Assembly (NCBI GenBank): GCA_030704615.1
Contig: CM060734.1
Location: 42,222,001-42,286,000 of the forward strand
DNA: 64,000 nt
Direction: 5' to 3'
From: Takakia lepidozioides
Taxonomy: Eukaryota; Plantae; Bryophyta
This document shows positions 23,601 through 34,607 of the stretch, in pieces (position 1 is the first letter of the stretch; every line of letters starts with the position of its first letter). A model generated the notes under the pieces. The model made no database searches and was not told the DNA's origin. It worked only from the letters and a program-made list of their open reading frames with translations. Position numbers and translations under genes: made by a program.

Positions 23601-25070
23601 ACGCGATCAAAGATGGTTGAGGCATTGTGTTGAACACTTGGTGAGCATCCATGATGCTCCCGCACTTAACATACATGTTGACAAGGGTGTTGAGTAGAAA
23701 AACATTTGGCTAAATCCACTTTTGTGTGAGTGTGCACCTGCTTTCTAGCTTCAAAACCTTACATCTTGATGCACTTATACAAGAGACAGACATACGTATC
23801 TGAATCTACTGAAATGCCTCCTTGGTTTAAAGTCTGTAGAGCCTCTTTCAGTCTTGGCAAAGCATCTTCACGTGCCCAGAAGTCACGCCAGAAGAGGCAT
23901 TGTGGACTCCCTCTCTTGATCCTCTTCCAGAAGCTGTGGTCATGGTTGAGGTGCCTGATTTTATCAACTGTGCCGCTGCAGCTGCTGCCTTTAGTTGACC
24001 ATCTACGCATGCAGGTTTCTTATAGCTATTGATCCACAGGGAATCATACGTATTCTTGTGCTTGAAATCTTGCCCTCTTGGATGAATTTGGACCCACACT
24101 CTATCCTGCATTCATCTTTGCCCTTGCTGCTAGCAGCTGACAATGATAGCCTAGATTTGTTCTAGGAAACACCTAATCATATTAGTTCCTATGCTGAATT
24201 GCGTCTGCTACTCTCTGATCTAACAGACATTTAACTTTTTGCCTCGGTTGTCCCACCATTGACTGGGGTCAGAATTCAACATGGAAATTTAGGGCCGATC
24301 ATGAATCCATCCTCAGCCTTGTTGCTAGCAGCTGACACTGACGGCGTGAAATTCTTCCAGCAAACACCCCAACCCTACTTATTACAGTAGCACCCGACGA
24401 GCTAACTTATAGTATTCGATATGCATCACAGGGCCGAGTCTGATGAGAGGGCAAAACAGGCTGAAATAGGTCGAAGAAGCAGGTGCCCTCACCACATTGT
24501 CCTTGACCTTGTGGCATGACCCATGGAGGATTTGGCCGACCATCAACCCAAAAGGACCTCTTATGTGTGCTGCTTGTGTCTGTAGTCAGATAATGTCGGA
24601 TTGATCTGTGAGAACCACCACGGTGCAGCTGAGCAGGCAAAGATTGAAACACGGTCTGCTAAGACCAAGCTATCTCGTCCTAGGGGTCATGCTGATCAGC
24701 CCAAAATCAATGGCCATCTTCTCACTGTGGTGGCAAAGAGAAATTTCCTTTCATCCTCCCCCACATCATGCAATACAATGCGCGTGTGAGGCACATACCC
24801 CGCCTCCTGCATCTGCGCAGACAATCTTCTCAGCTCAGCATGGATTTCCTTAATTCTGGGATGCAAATTGTCATCTAAAACGAAGGTGTGCACCCTGTTG
24901 CCAACCTCAATGCAGCAGTGACCTGGCTCCTTTCTAACCCCTCTGACCTTGATCATTCTTCTCACCTTTGCAATATCATTTGCTTGATCCTTCATCTGCC
25001 AAGACAATATCTTCAGCAAGTCTTCAGCTCAGCATGGATTCCTCAATTCATTGAGAATTTGCAGCTTGCA
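20690..25070 (-). pseudogene. Scrambled PDF-PLS-PPR-E-DYW pseudogene, the most complete copy
   Basis: On minus: DYW piece with PG box and CHHSEK (25020-24680), PDF pieces (24660-24240), PDF C-half running into the first PPR motifs (24090-23570), PLS triplets (23220-22100), P2-L2-S2-E1-E2 (22100-21580), E+ up to GYVP (20834-20725). Confidence 0.85.
20835..21581. mobile_element. MITE-like element, copy 2 (747 bp, 5-bp TSD TCCTG/CCCTG)
   Basis: Same TIRs as copy 1. It splits the PG-box sequence IEVDNR|MHTF; the uninterrupted paralog near 24890 has a single CCCTG. Confidence 0.9.
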
Positions 25071-25079
25071 AGGTGAACG

Positions 25080-25999
25080 ATGGCGGAAAACGCAGATCAA
25101 GAAGATCAAGATCCGGGCATTTCGGGCAGTTCTGAAAACGTTGGTGCGACAATTTCTATTGGCTTATTTCGGACGGGCAGTCCGGGCAGATTGACAAAAT
25201 TTGACGACGATGATGTGGCGATGAAAACGTGGCACTATTGCACCATATTCCTGCTCTACGCTAAACTAGCTTCTGACCTTCGGTCGTCGCTAGAATAAAG
25301 ACAATGTTTTGTTTTGTATCAGTGTTGAGATCTCCCCAACCGCGGGCCCCAGCCCTGGTGTTTGGTACCATTGGAAAGCCCTCGATGAGGAGGGGTGCAG
25401 TGGCTTGGTCTCATAATTTTGGAACTTGCGGTGTGGGAGATATGAAATTTCAAGTACTTTTGGTCGTTGGAAACTCGCGAAAAATAGCAAAATGGGCTTT
25501 CTTGCAACAATTACTGGCCCTTTATTTATCCTTTGTACACGAGGACATAAATATAAATAATTGGGTTTTTTTTTTCAAACATGGCATGAACACAATATTG
25601 TTTGTAGGGTCCTTGAGATCTCCCAAACCGCAGGGACTCTAGCCACGATTTTGGTACCATTGGAAAGCCCTCAATGAGTAGGGATGTACCGACTTGGTTT
25701 CATAAAATTTGGACCTACATATTAGTACAGGCCGAGGTCTGTTTTTAAATGAATAAACTTGATATAATAAAACATATTTGAGGGTATTTTTTAATGATTC
25801 AAAAAATATATATACATACTGCAGGGGTATTTTTTAAAAATTACAAATTTCTATATATTTACAGGAGGGGGTTTTATAATCTTCAAAATGTATGTATAGA
25901 GGGGGTATAAATGATCCAAGGACCCGTATACAAGGGGTTTTTTAATAAGGCGGCGAACGCACGTGATACGGACATTTTATAAAGAGTGCACCCCCCAGG
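25080..25999. repeat. Right inverted arm and DNA-transposon terminus
   Basis: 25080-25300 is the inverse of 9755-10715 minus the MITE. Two TTGGTACCATTGGAAAGCCCTC subrepeats follow; the arm ends GCACGTGATA...GTGCACCCCCCAGG. Confidence 0.6.
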
Positions 26000-26800
26000 A
26001 TTCTAACTCTGATTCTCGATTTCGACCTAAATGAATGGTCATGGAAACTCACTGGAACCTGTCCCCTTCTTTACTTACACCACCAAAAAAGGTTACTGGG
26101 CACTTTCGCATTCCCCACCACTCCTAGACAAATGGAATGGAAAATGGAGCCACTTCCACTGCCACAAGAATGCTGATAGTTTTGCAGGTTTGGTCTTAGT
26201 CCATATACCTCTCCATGTTGCTAATAGGGTTCTCATGGTGGGGGAATAGCTGGGGTTTAATGAAGCTCTGCTGTGTAAATGTTGCTTTGCAACAATTATT
26301 GAATCCCAAGAGCATTGCCTCTTACATTGTCATGCCCCTGCAGCAATATGGCCATATATTCGAGCTTTTCTATCGTTCTGGGAATGCTCAGACTATAGGC
26401 CCGCTTTCCATTTTGCTACACTATGATCGATCCACAAAACAAAAAGCAAGTAACTGCCCAATATTTGATACCTTTAGAAGTGCAACCCTCTGGCATCTTT
26501 GGAGAGCAAGATGTAACAGGACTTTCTCTGGAACCACTTGTTCTATCTCAACTTTTCTTTCAGCTATCTATTATTATCTGCAAACAGAATCAAGGATAGC
26601 ATAGATTAAGCTCTGTGCTGATATTCAGAGACCCCCCCGAAATGCAGGACAACTACACCTCGCCTTCACAGCTACTTGGGCATGTCAAGGTATCATTTGC
26701 TGTAGCATCTCATCTGAACACTGCGATTGGGACAAGCAACCACCGCCAAGTTGGTGCAACCTCAATTCTGTAGTCCAACGCATCGCTGGGGTTTGACAGG
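26000..26800 (+). mobile_element. Degenerate L1-type LINE 3' remnant (zf-RVT region)
   Basis: EHCLLHC..IW and FRSATLWHLWRARCNRTF motifs with frameshifts. Confidence 0.6.
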
Positions 26801-26957
26801 GATGTGAACTGGAAACATGTCAAGGACGCCACCAAGCCATCCAGGCTCTACTGTCATTGATGAGTGCTTAGCTTCAACAATCACTTTAGAGTTTCTCCAC
26901 GAAGAAAGGAATTGCAACAGTACAAAAGAGACCCCCAAGGCCAACAATCACTAAGCA

Positions 26958-27137
26958 AAAAAAAAAAGTATGACGCCCCCCGAAGGAAACGTAACTTATG
27001 GTGTCTCTTCACCACAAGGGCTACTGCCTTCCAACTGAAAGGTGGACACCTCCGTGACACACCAGACCGTGGTTTGAACCCACAACCACATCCAACGTGG
27101 TATGTGCCGATTACCACTGGGCTGCATGCTGGTTGTC
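26958..27137 (-). mobile_element. tRNA-derived SINE, copy 2, with T-tail
   Basis: Reverse complement is homologous to 19055-19226. TSD AATCACTAAGCA at 26946-26957 and 27138-27149. The A-run on plus reads as a 3' T-run on the sense strand. Confidence 0.85.
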
Positions 27138-28603
27138 AATCACTAAGCATTTAGTAGCAAGATCCGCATCACTCAATACTGAGTAGTCAGAATCGCTATT
27201 ACTCCGTAGGGAGTAGAAAGGTTCCTGATATCACTGTCATGTCATCGGTGTGTGTGCCTAATGGTGTACTCTAAGGCTTTTAATTTTTTTCCCTCCAATA
27301 ATTCCAAATAAAGTTCTTCCGACTGTCCCCTGTTCAATTATTTTTTTAAGAAAAAACTTGAGAAATGTAACCATTTGGGCTGCATTCACAAGTGGCAATT
27401 GCATGCCTACTGCACATTAAAAAACAACCATTTTGTTTTTCCTGGAAGAACCCTATTGTTTCAAACATGTCAAGAATAATCTTAAACAAGAAACAAAGAC
27501 ATCTGACTTATATCCAGGAGAGTTTTGATAGCTGTTCAAACAAGAACCTGGAAAAAGAAATATGGAAGTGGTTTTTCTTTTGTAGGATTTCCCTGCAAGA
27601 TCCCGGGAATGGTCAACTTTCTATATGAGCTGCCCCAAACAGGAATTTCATAGGAATGTAGAATTCCCTTTAACAAAGTAGTTTAATGAGGAAATAAGCC
27701 CACCTCTTTTGCCAAGGGGACGTCCTAAATGCAAAGATTAGATAGTCGCCAGCTGACTCTGATGCAATCTGGAGGCACCAGAAGCTGCGAGTCTCCAAGT
27801 CCAAAGCTCAGCTGGATTTTGGGATTTTGGGATCTCATGCTAAGATACTGGTGTATTGATGCTAGTGTTTAGCTCCACTTCCCCACTTTTTCCTTGTCTC
27901 CAGATCTTCTTCCTTAAGTGTGGTAGTTCGAGAAGCAGCTTCTCCTGAGCCATGCTTATCTTTGACAGTTATGGAGCTTTTATTTCCAGCTTTTCTCCCC
28001 CTTCCCTGTGCTACTGGGTGTTCCCCATGCGATACACTTACACGGTACCCCCTGGAGGTTATTTTTTCCTCCTGTCTGTTTTCCTACTTTTAAAGCTCCC
28101 AGGGCCTCCGCTCCCTGGTTGCCAAAAAAAAAAAAGATTAGATACTCCTCATATAGATACATTAGATACTCCTCCTAACTTACCCAGATTTTCAGCTCAC
28201 ATTCTTTGGTAACATCTCTCTTGACCAAGAAGGTTTATGCAGAAAGATGGAATGAGAGTCCATAACACTTTTTATTTTGGACAATCACCAACTTCAGTTG
28301 AATTACTTTTGAATTGACCACAAAATGTTATGTTTACAAATCGAGACTCCTTCATCCATACGAATGCCACCTCCACACAACTAAGCCACAACAAAAATTA
28401 TGTCATTTAGTTCTATTGATGTTAGCAGATTTCTTAAAAGGAATGCTTCCTCAACTTCAAAATCTCGGAACTGAATCTCTGGGGTGGAGCCGCTTTCCTG
28501 CCGTGGAAAATTTGTCATATATACCATCTGAAATCATGCCTGGGAATGTCCAATATAGTCCCATCCTGGAGTAGTTCCTCTTCAAAACAATCTCAAGGAT
28601 TGA

Positions 28604-31298
28604 TCATAGATCAAATGCCGAGTATGCTGATGCCAAAACCAGGGCACCTATTGTGTGTAGTCCTCCATACAGTGCTGCGTGCCTCCAACCTGCACCCCAT
28701 GAAATTCCTGGGTAAGGTCTACCATCAAAGAAAGTGTTCAGAAAAGAAGCACTTTGTTTTACTGAAGCTAAGGTTGTCTACAAGGAGATTCCGACATCCA
28801 GAAAACCTCTCCTAATTAACACCCTGAAAATTTTGAAGGGGTTTGATATGTTATTTTGATTTTCTCTCGTTCTTGCCTAAAGACACCACAGAAGATGCCA
28901 GATTCCATTTGATGAAAATGAGTATAAAACAGCCGCAGGGTTGCCCAATGATGCTCATGGAGTAAAGCATATCAGACCAGAATTAAGGGCAGCAGGAAGA
29001 ATCTTTAGATTGAATCGAAACCTGTCAGCTTGACAAGAAGGGAGTTTTATCAAACCACTCAGGCTGGTCCATCCTTACCTGCACTGGGACTGGAATTCTG
29101 GTTGGATGATGTTGGGGATGTTGATGCTGGTGACAGTGTAATTCCCAGCGCCGAACAACTAGCTCCCAGCGCACCTGCAGCACCATGCATCCCAAGGATG
29201 AAGACCAAGACTTACAAATGTGGTTCACAAAGTAGGCAGAGACATTTCTATGAGCAGTGGTGTCTCATACCAATTGACCTGGAAGAACATAGCCCCTCCT
29301 GATTGGATTACCGTGAAAGGAATCATAACAACTGATACCCATAGCCTTGCACCCATTGACCTGAAGTAAAGTGGCCCCTCCTGGCTAAGCCATGTTTAAC
29401 TATGAGAGGTCATTCACAACCAGCATGTTAGAGGTACTCTGAATCAGCTGGAACAGCCTTCCAGTCTCAAAAGAATAGGGGAACAAGTCACATCCCCCAC
29501 CCTGATATTTCATGTGTAAAGATACACCCACCAAAATGGGACAAACACATGTACTGGAGGTGGTTACATGTTGTATATGAAGTTTTATGCATGCTCCTAC
29601 AGGATGAAGAGGAAAAGTGAGTTATTGCAATGCCAGACATGCCAGTCACACAGCACAAGGAGCACATGTTTGCCCCAAAACGTCTGATCATGTCTATCTT
29701 TGTTAACAGTCTATGAGCGAACAAGAAGCATCCATAAATGTAGGGGACAAAGAAAATGACAGGAAGGAGCCAGGCGAAATGTTCAATCAATACAAACAGG
29801 GCTGCTCCCATTTTAAAATGGCTCAATGTGTTGAAAATAACCAGTTTGAAAGGGAGGGCAGGGCTTACAGGAGCTCAGGCAGTAGCCGGCAGTCAGATTG
29901 CCAACATTGGAGTAGCCTGAATCGCAGACACACTTAAACTGGGCAGGAAATGTAGAATTGTCTGTAATTTCACATGCTCCATTTCCACAAACTCCAGGCA
30001 ACAAACATGCTGCAAGATATTAACCACCAGTAAATAATGAGCAAGATAGTGGTCTCAAGAAATAACTAGAGAGAAACAAGAAATATTAGACTGAAGAACC
30101 TACCAGAGAGTATCATCTGTCCTGAGAAGCTGGGCCAAGCATACGATAGTTGGTATATCTAGGATACTTTCCTCTTTACTGGGTTAGCCATCGACTCAAA
30201 TTACAATCAGAGGACGCATGGTCTTGATTATGGTGGACAACTTACGGCTGGATACATTTTGAACGACAGCTGGAGCCGTAAGAGCAGGTGATGTGCCGCT
30301 GCAGTTAAGATTCAAAGTGCCTGTGTCACACAAGCCAACCCAACCCCATCCAGACTAAGTATTGGCCACTCCCTCTCACATACACATCACCCGTACATAG
30401 AGGACAGCATCAACAGTGCTGGAGCCACATTGTGACGTCGATTACAATACGAGACCTCAGATTAGCACTCAAATTAAATCGTTTAGGCACTGTATGTTCA
30501 TATGTGTGTTACTAATGACTCCAGGCTTAAGATTTGTTGGCTGGTGAAAAAACAGGGTCACCTTCTCAGAAATACAACAGATATGGTCAGAAGCGTTCCT
30601 CAAAGCCACCGATAGCAAAAGTGTTGCTGTATGCATGTCACACATAGAGCACAAGAGAAACGCGCCAAATGAATCAAGAGATCCAGACTCTCACGAAAAC
30701 CAAACATCAACAAGAGAGACATTGTGCACAGGACTGTTGATTACAAAAGATCGAATTTCGTAGCCTTGCAAAATTGCGCTATGGTTTTTGCACATGTAAG
30801 TACGTGTGTCTGTACTGTGTGAGAGAGAGAGACCCTCAAAGACCCAAGCAGCGTTGAGAAAACATACAGTTGGGGACGGTACACGGTAAAGTAAGCAAGG
30901 AAGGTAAACCGCCAATCAACGCCTCTACGTTGGTCCAGCCTTGATTGCACTGGCACTCATAAGGAGATAAAATGTTGTTCGGGAAAGACACATTCGTGAG
31001 GGGGATACATGTGCCCGCCTGACAGTCCACATTTTGGCATGCCCCAGTACCTGCAACATTCCAGCATAAATTGAGCAAACATGTCGGATATTCTCATGTC
31101 GTCGATGCTTCCAGGGACGGATCAAAGTGCATATGTGAGAAAGCAATTAATGAGCTGCAGAATCCTGAAAGTTGCTCAAGGTACAAACACACCTGAATCT
31201 AGCTCTGACAATGAAAACCGTGGAATCTCAGCCTTCGCAGAAACCAGTATCATTGACGTGGCAATGACCACCAAAAGCAGCTTCAACCAATTGTCCAT
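28604..31298 (-). CDS. Secreted cysteine-rich EGF-like protein, probably GPI-anchored (6 exons)
   Basis: Exons 31298-31193, 31050-30868, 30320-30246, 30009-29869, 29174-29079, 28707-28604, all GT-AG and in frame. Signal peptide MDNWLKLLLVVIAT, two EGF-like modules (YECQCNQGW, FKCVCDSGY), S/T/P stalk, hydrophobic tail. Confidence 0.85.
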
Positions 31299-33453
31299 CG
31301 TATCACGTGACAACACGGTCTCCAACCTAAGAGAACGCAAACACAGACATTAGTTGAAATACATTGCCAGCCAGTGTCACTGCAAATAGCTACTTTTCAA
31401 CTCTTTGAAGAGACGGAAAGGACTCTTCTACCACAGATGAAAAGAGAAGAACCACTCTGTGCGCTCTCGATGAGAAGCAAACACGAAAAGAGTGTACCCA
31501 AGTAGTGAAAACAATTAGAACCTACAACAGCGAAGACGTCTGCCAGTCAATGAGCACCTGCAGCTGGCAACCTTCCGACCCAGCTCTGCTCCTGGTGGGC
31601 AACCTTCCGATCCCCTCTCCCTCTCTCTCACTAGTCCCTCCTTCCCACCGTCTCCCTAGATCCAAACTCTAGGTGAACTGGAGTGGGAGGAGTCCCAACG
31701 TTCGCAGTGGTCAGATTGCCAGGTCCACAGTGTACACATGGCCCACCATGTGTGTGCTCCTGCAATAGCTACAGATACCCATGTTGATGCTTCTGTTTAC
31801 CCTTTCCACTCACACTTGCCTTCACTCCCTTCCCACCGAAATCAGTTTTCCCCCAAAACCTCTGTGTATGTGAAAGATAATCCCACACTCATTGGGTCCT
31901 GAATCTCAGAGAATATATAAACCTCTGCACAAGGATTTGAGCGCATGACCCCATCAGGTTCTGCTCGCTATTAATATCGACAAACTGGATTTGAATTGGC
32001 TGCTCTGACACACCACACTTCTGTGTAGCATCTTCGATCTAACCAGCAGATGACCGTTCAGGAATTGATTACGCGATCAAAATGAAGCTTCCCACAACAA
32101 GGATGCGATCGTCCAACGGGTGGTTGGGGTCGCTGAGGAAGTTCGACAACTCGATGGGGTAGAGAAGTACAGTAACGAGCATCCCATAACTTTAGCGCCG
32201 ACATGGGTGTTGCTTTCATCAGACAGGGGCCCATTGTTTTGTTTTTGCTCGTGTGTGTCCAACGTCTCGCATGCAGGTGGCCTTGGTTTTGGGACCCTCC
32301 TTTAATTCGGGCCTCCCTCACAATAATGATCATCATTCCTACGATCTGTGTACATACATAGCCCCCAAGTGGGCACTGGGCCCACTCCGGAGTGTAACTA
32401 CCATGTTTCCGTGGCAAGTATGCATGGCAAATTTCACGATCCTAAACTAACTTACTTAGAGCTGACAAGTTCCTTCAGTGGAGACTCGAGACGCTCAATG
32501 AGTTTAGGAGGAAACTGCAGCTTCAAAGGCGGACAGTAGTATGCAATCAACCAGAATGCAAAATGTTTGGCTTTGGTGGATGCTTGCATGGAAACGAGGA
32601 GCGGAATGACGGGTTGCCTTATTAGCAGTGTCAAGGTAGAATATTTCAGCCACAGGAAGGAGACCCGTCGGACACCTTTAAGGACAAAATGTGAGCTGGA
32701 AATAGTTGCAACGGCTCTCTGTTTGGGCGGCGGCGGAATCATCAAGAAACAGTTCCACCTGGAGTGGGGCAAATGACGGGTGCCTTGAGCTTCATGCTCT
32801 TGAGTCTTGATGCCTTGGTTTATGCGATCTTTAAGTTAACTGCCACCAACCACCAAGTGTCCTGTTTCGACTGTGGCAACCAGTGATTTGCGATCCTATT
32901 GCTATTTCCAGACGCAATATATTCATATCTGTGCATGCTTTCTCTACTTTCTTCTCGTAGAGAGGCTTTCTAGGTAGAACTCGCTCAGATGATTTGACGA
33001 GTACATCTCCGGGTCCTTCTCTGTATTACTTGAGACTGATGGTACTGTCCCCGGGTTTCTTTCTCCTCGAAGTCGATTGTCTTGAGGAGGACTCTTTGGC
33101 ATGTCTCAACCACCACTACCTACCTGAGAAAACCTTTTCGCGACTGTCCATCTCTTCACCTGCATGCGTCTTGAACATGTGGCCCAGATTCTTTCAGCTC
33201 TCCGGTCTACTCCCATGGGTTCTCGCCCATGTTTTCTGAGGGCTCCTGCTTCTGTAGTTGAAAATCAGTGTGGCAATGTGGACTCCAAGAACATAGGTGA
33301 GGAGAGAGTGGAGACAACGTACAGCTTTTCAAGTTAAGGCAACATCACACTTCGTAGGCTTTTGAGGACCCACTTCTATGTGTCGGACATACAGGCGCAA
33401 ATTAGAAGGAGAAAATTAAAGAGAAGAGGAAAGGGAGCTATCGCAGTGGCAAG

Positions 33454-34607
33454 ATGGGGGAAGAGAGGGTGGTGGACATGGGGCCAGCACCACTTCTAGC
33501 CGCCGCCGACGACAAGGTATTGGGCACAGTGGATCTCTCTCTCTCTCTCCCTCGTTAGCTGGCTTGGTGTACTTCCAAACCCTCAAGTTCAAAGGAGTTG
33601 CCAGTTTGGGTCCTAGCACAGTTCTTGTCTAATTACACTGCACAGCTTGTTGGATATATGTGAAGGAGTTCTTCGTTGAACTCCCTTCACGATTGCCTAA
33701 ATGGTTCCGGAAACATAACTTGAATTTTGCTTCTCGAATGTATCTTAAGTGGTTTTACGGTGAGCAGTTAGAAGTACCCCTTATACATGTGGCCCTGATT
33801 ATGAGTATGACGCAAAGGACACTTCCGCAATCTCTATTGGAATAGTGCTTGTCAACAAGAGTACGAGTACCTTGCACACACTTGTCTCCACATCGCACAG
33901 TGAGTATATAAACAGTCGATGCACCAGATCCTAAATTCTTGGAGTTACACCCACTGTTAGATTGTGGTCTCTCATCTACTACGAGAACTCGTTGAATCTT
34001 TGTCTGTTTGGTACAGCAGGCAATACCACCAACTTACAGGCGTCGCAAATGTTGGAGTTGCTGTGCGATCTCGGTCGCCGTTCTTTTACTGGTGATCGTA
34101 ATTTTTGTTATACTGTTGTTCACTGTGTTCAAGGCCAAAGACCCAGATATAAAGGTCAGAGATGTGACACTGGAGAGCCTGGACTTCTCCTTGGAGTTAC
34201 CGACTTTTACTCCGACATTGAATATGCAGCTGAACCTGGATATCACCGTGCACAACCCAAACAAAGCCAGCTTCAGATATACTAACAGCACTACATTGCT
34301 TTATTACGACGGGAACTCGGTGGGAGAAGCCTTAATTCCCGCAGGACAAGTACGGTCTGATGGATCCGAGAACATTGTGTTGAGCGTGAGTGTCCAAGCT
34401 GCCCAGTTTCTACAGGGCTCAAACTTCACTTCGGATCTCAGAGCCGGCATAATCCCTATTTCGTCTGTCTCAAGAGTTTCTGGACGGGTCAATGTTCTCA
34501 ATATCTATAAACACTATGCGGTGTCCACAGCCTCGTGTGACATCACCGTCTTCGTGGCCAATGCTACCATGAAAGATTTTGTTTGCCATTACAAAGTAAA
34601 ATTATGA
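33454..34607 (+). CDS. LEA_2 / NDR1-HIN1-like membrane protein (2 exons)
   Basis: Exon 1 33454-33516 (MGEERVVDMGPAPLLAAADDK|GT); exon 2 34017-34607. RRRKCWSCC, TM helix, VFKAKDP, ITVHNPNKASFRY. Confidence 0.9.

Noticed and set aside
24696-25019. U-to-C (DYW:KP) editing factor
   Set aside because: The box reads KEPG(H/R)CCIEV, which is PG-type rather than KPAxA.
25270-25296. Helitron 3' end (GACC-TTC-GGTC hairpin then CTAG)
   Set aside because: CTAG is followed by A, homology continues past it, and the 9755 copy lacks CTAG.
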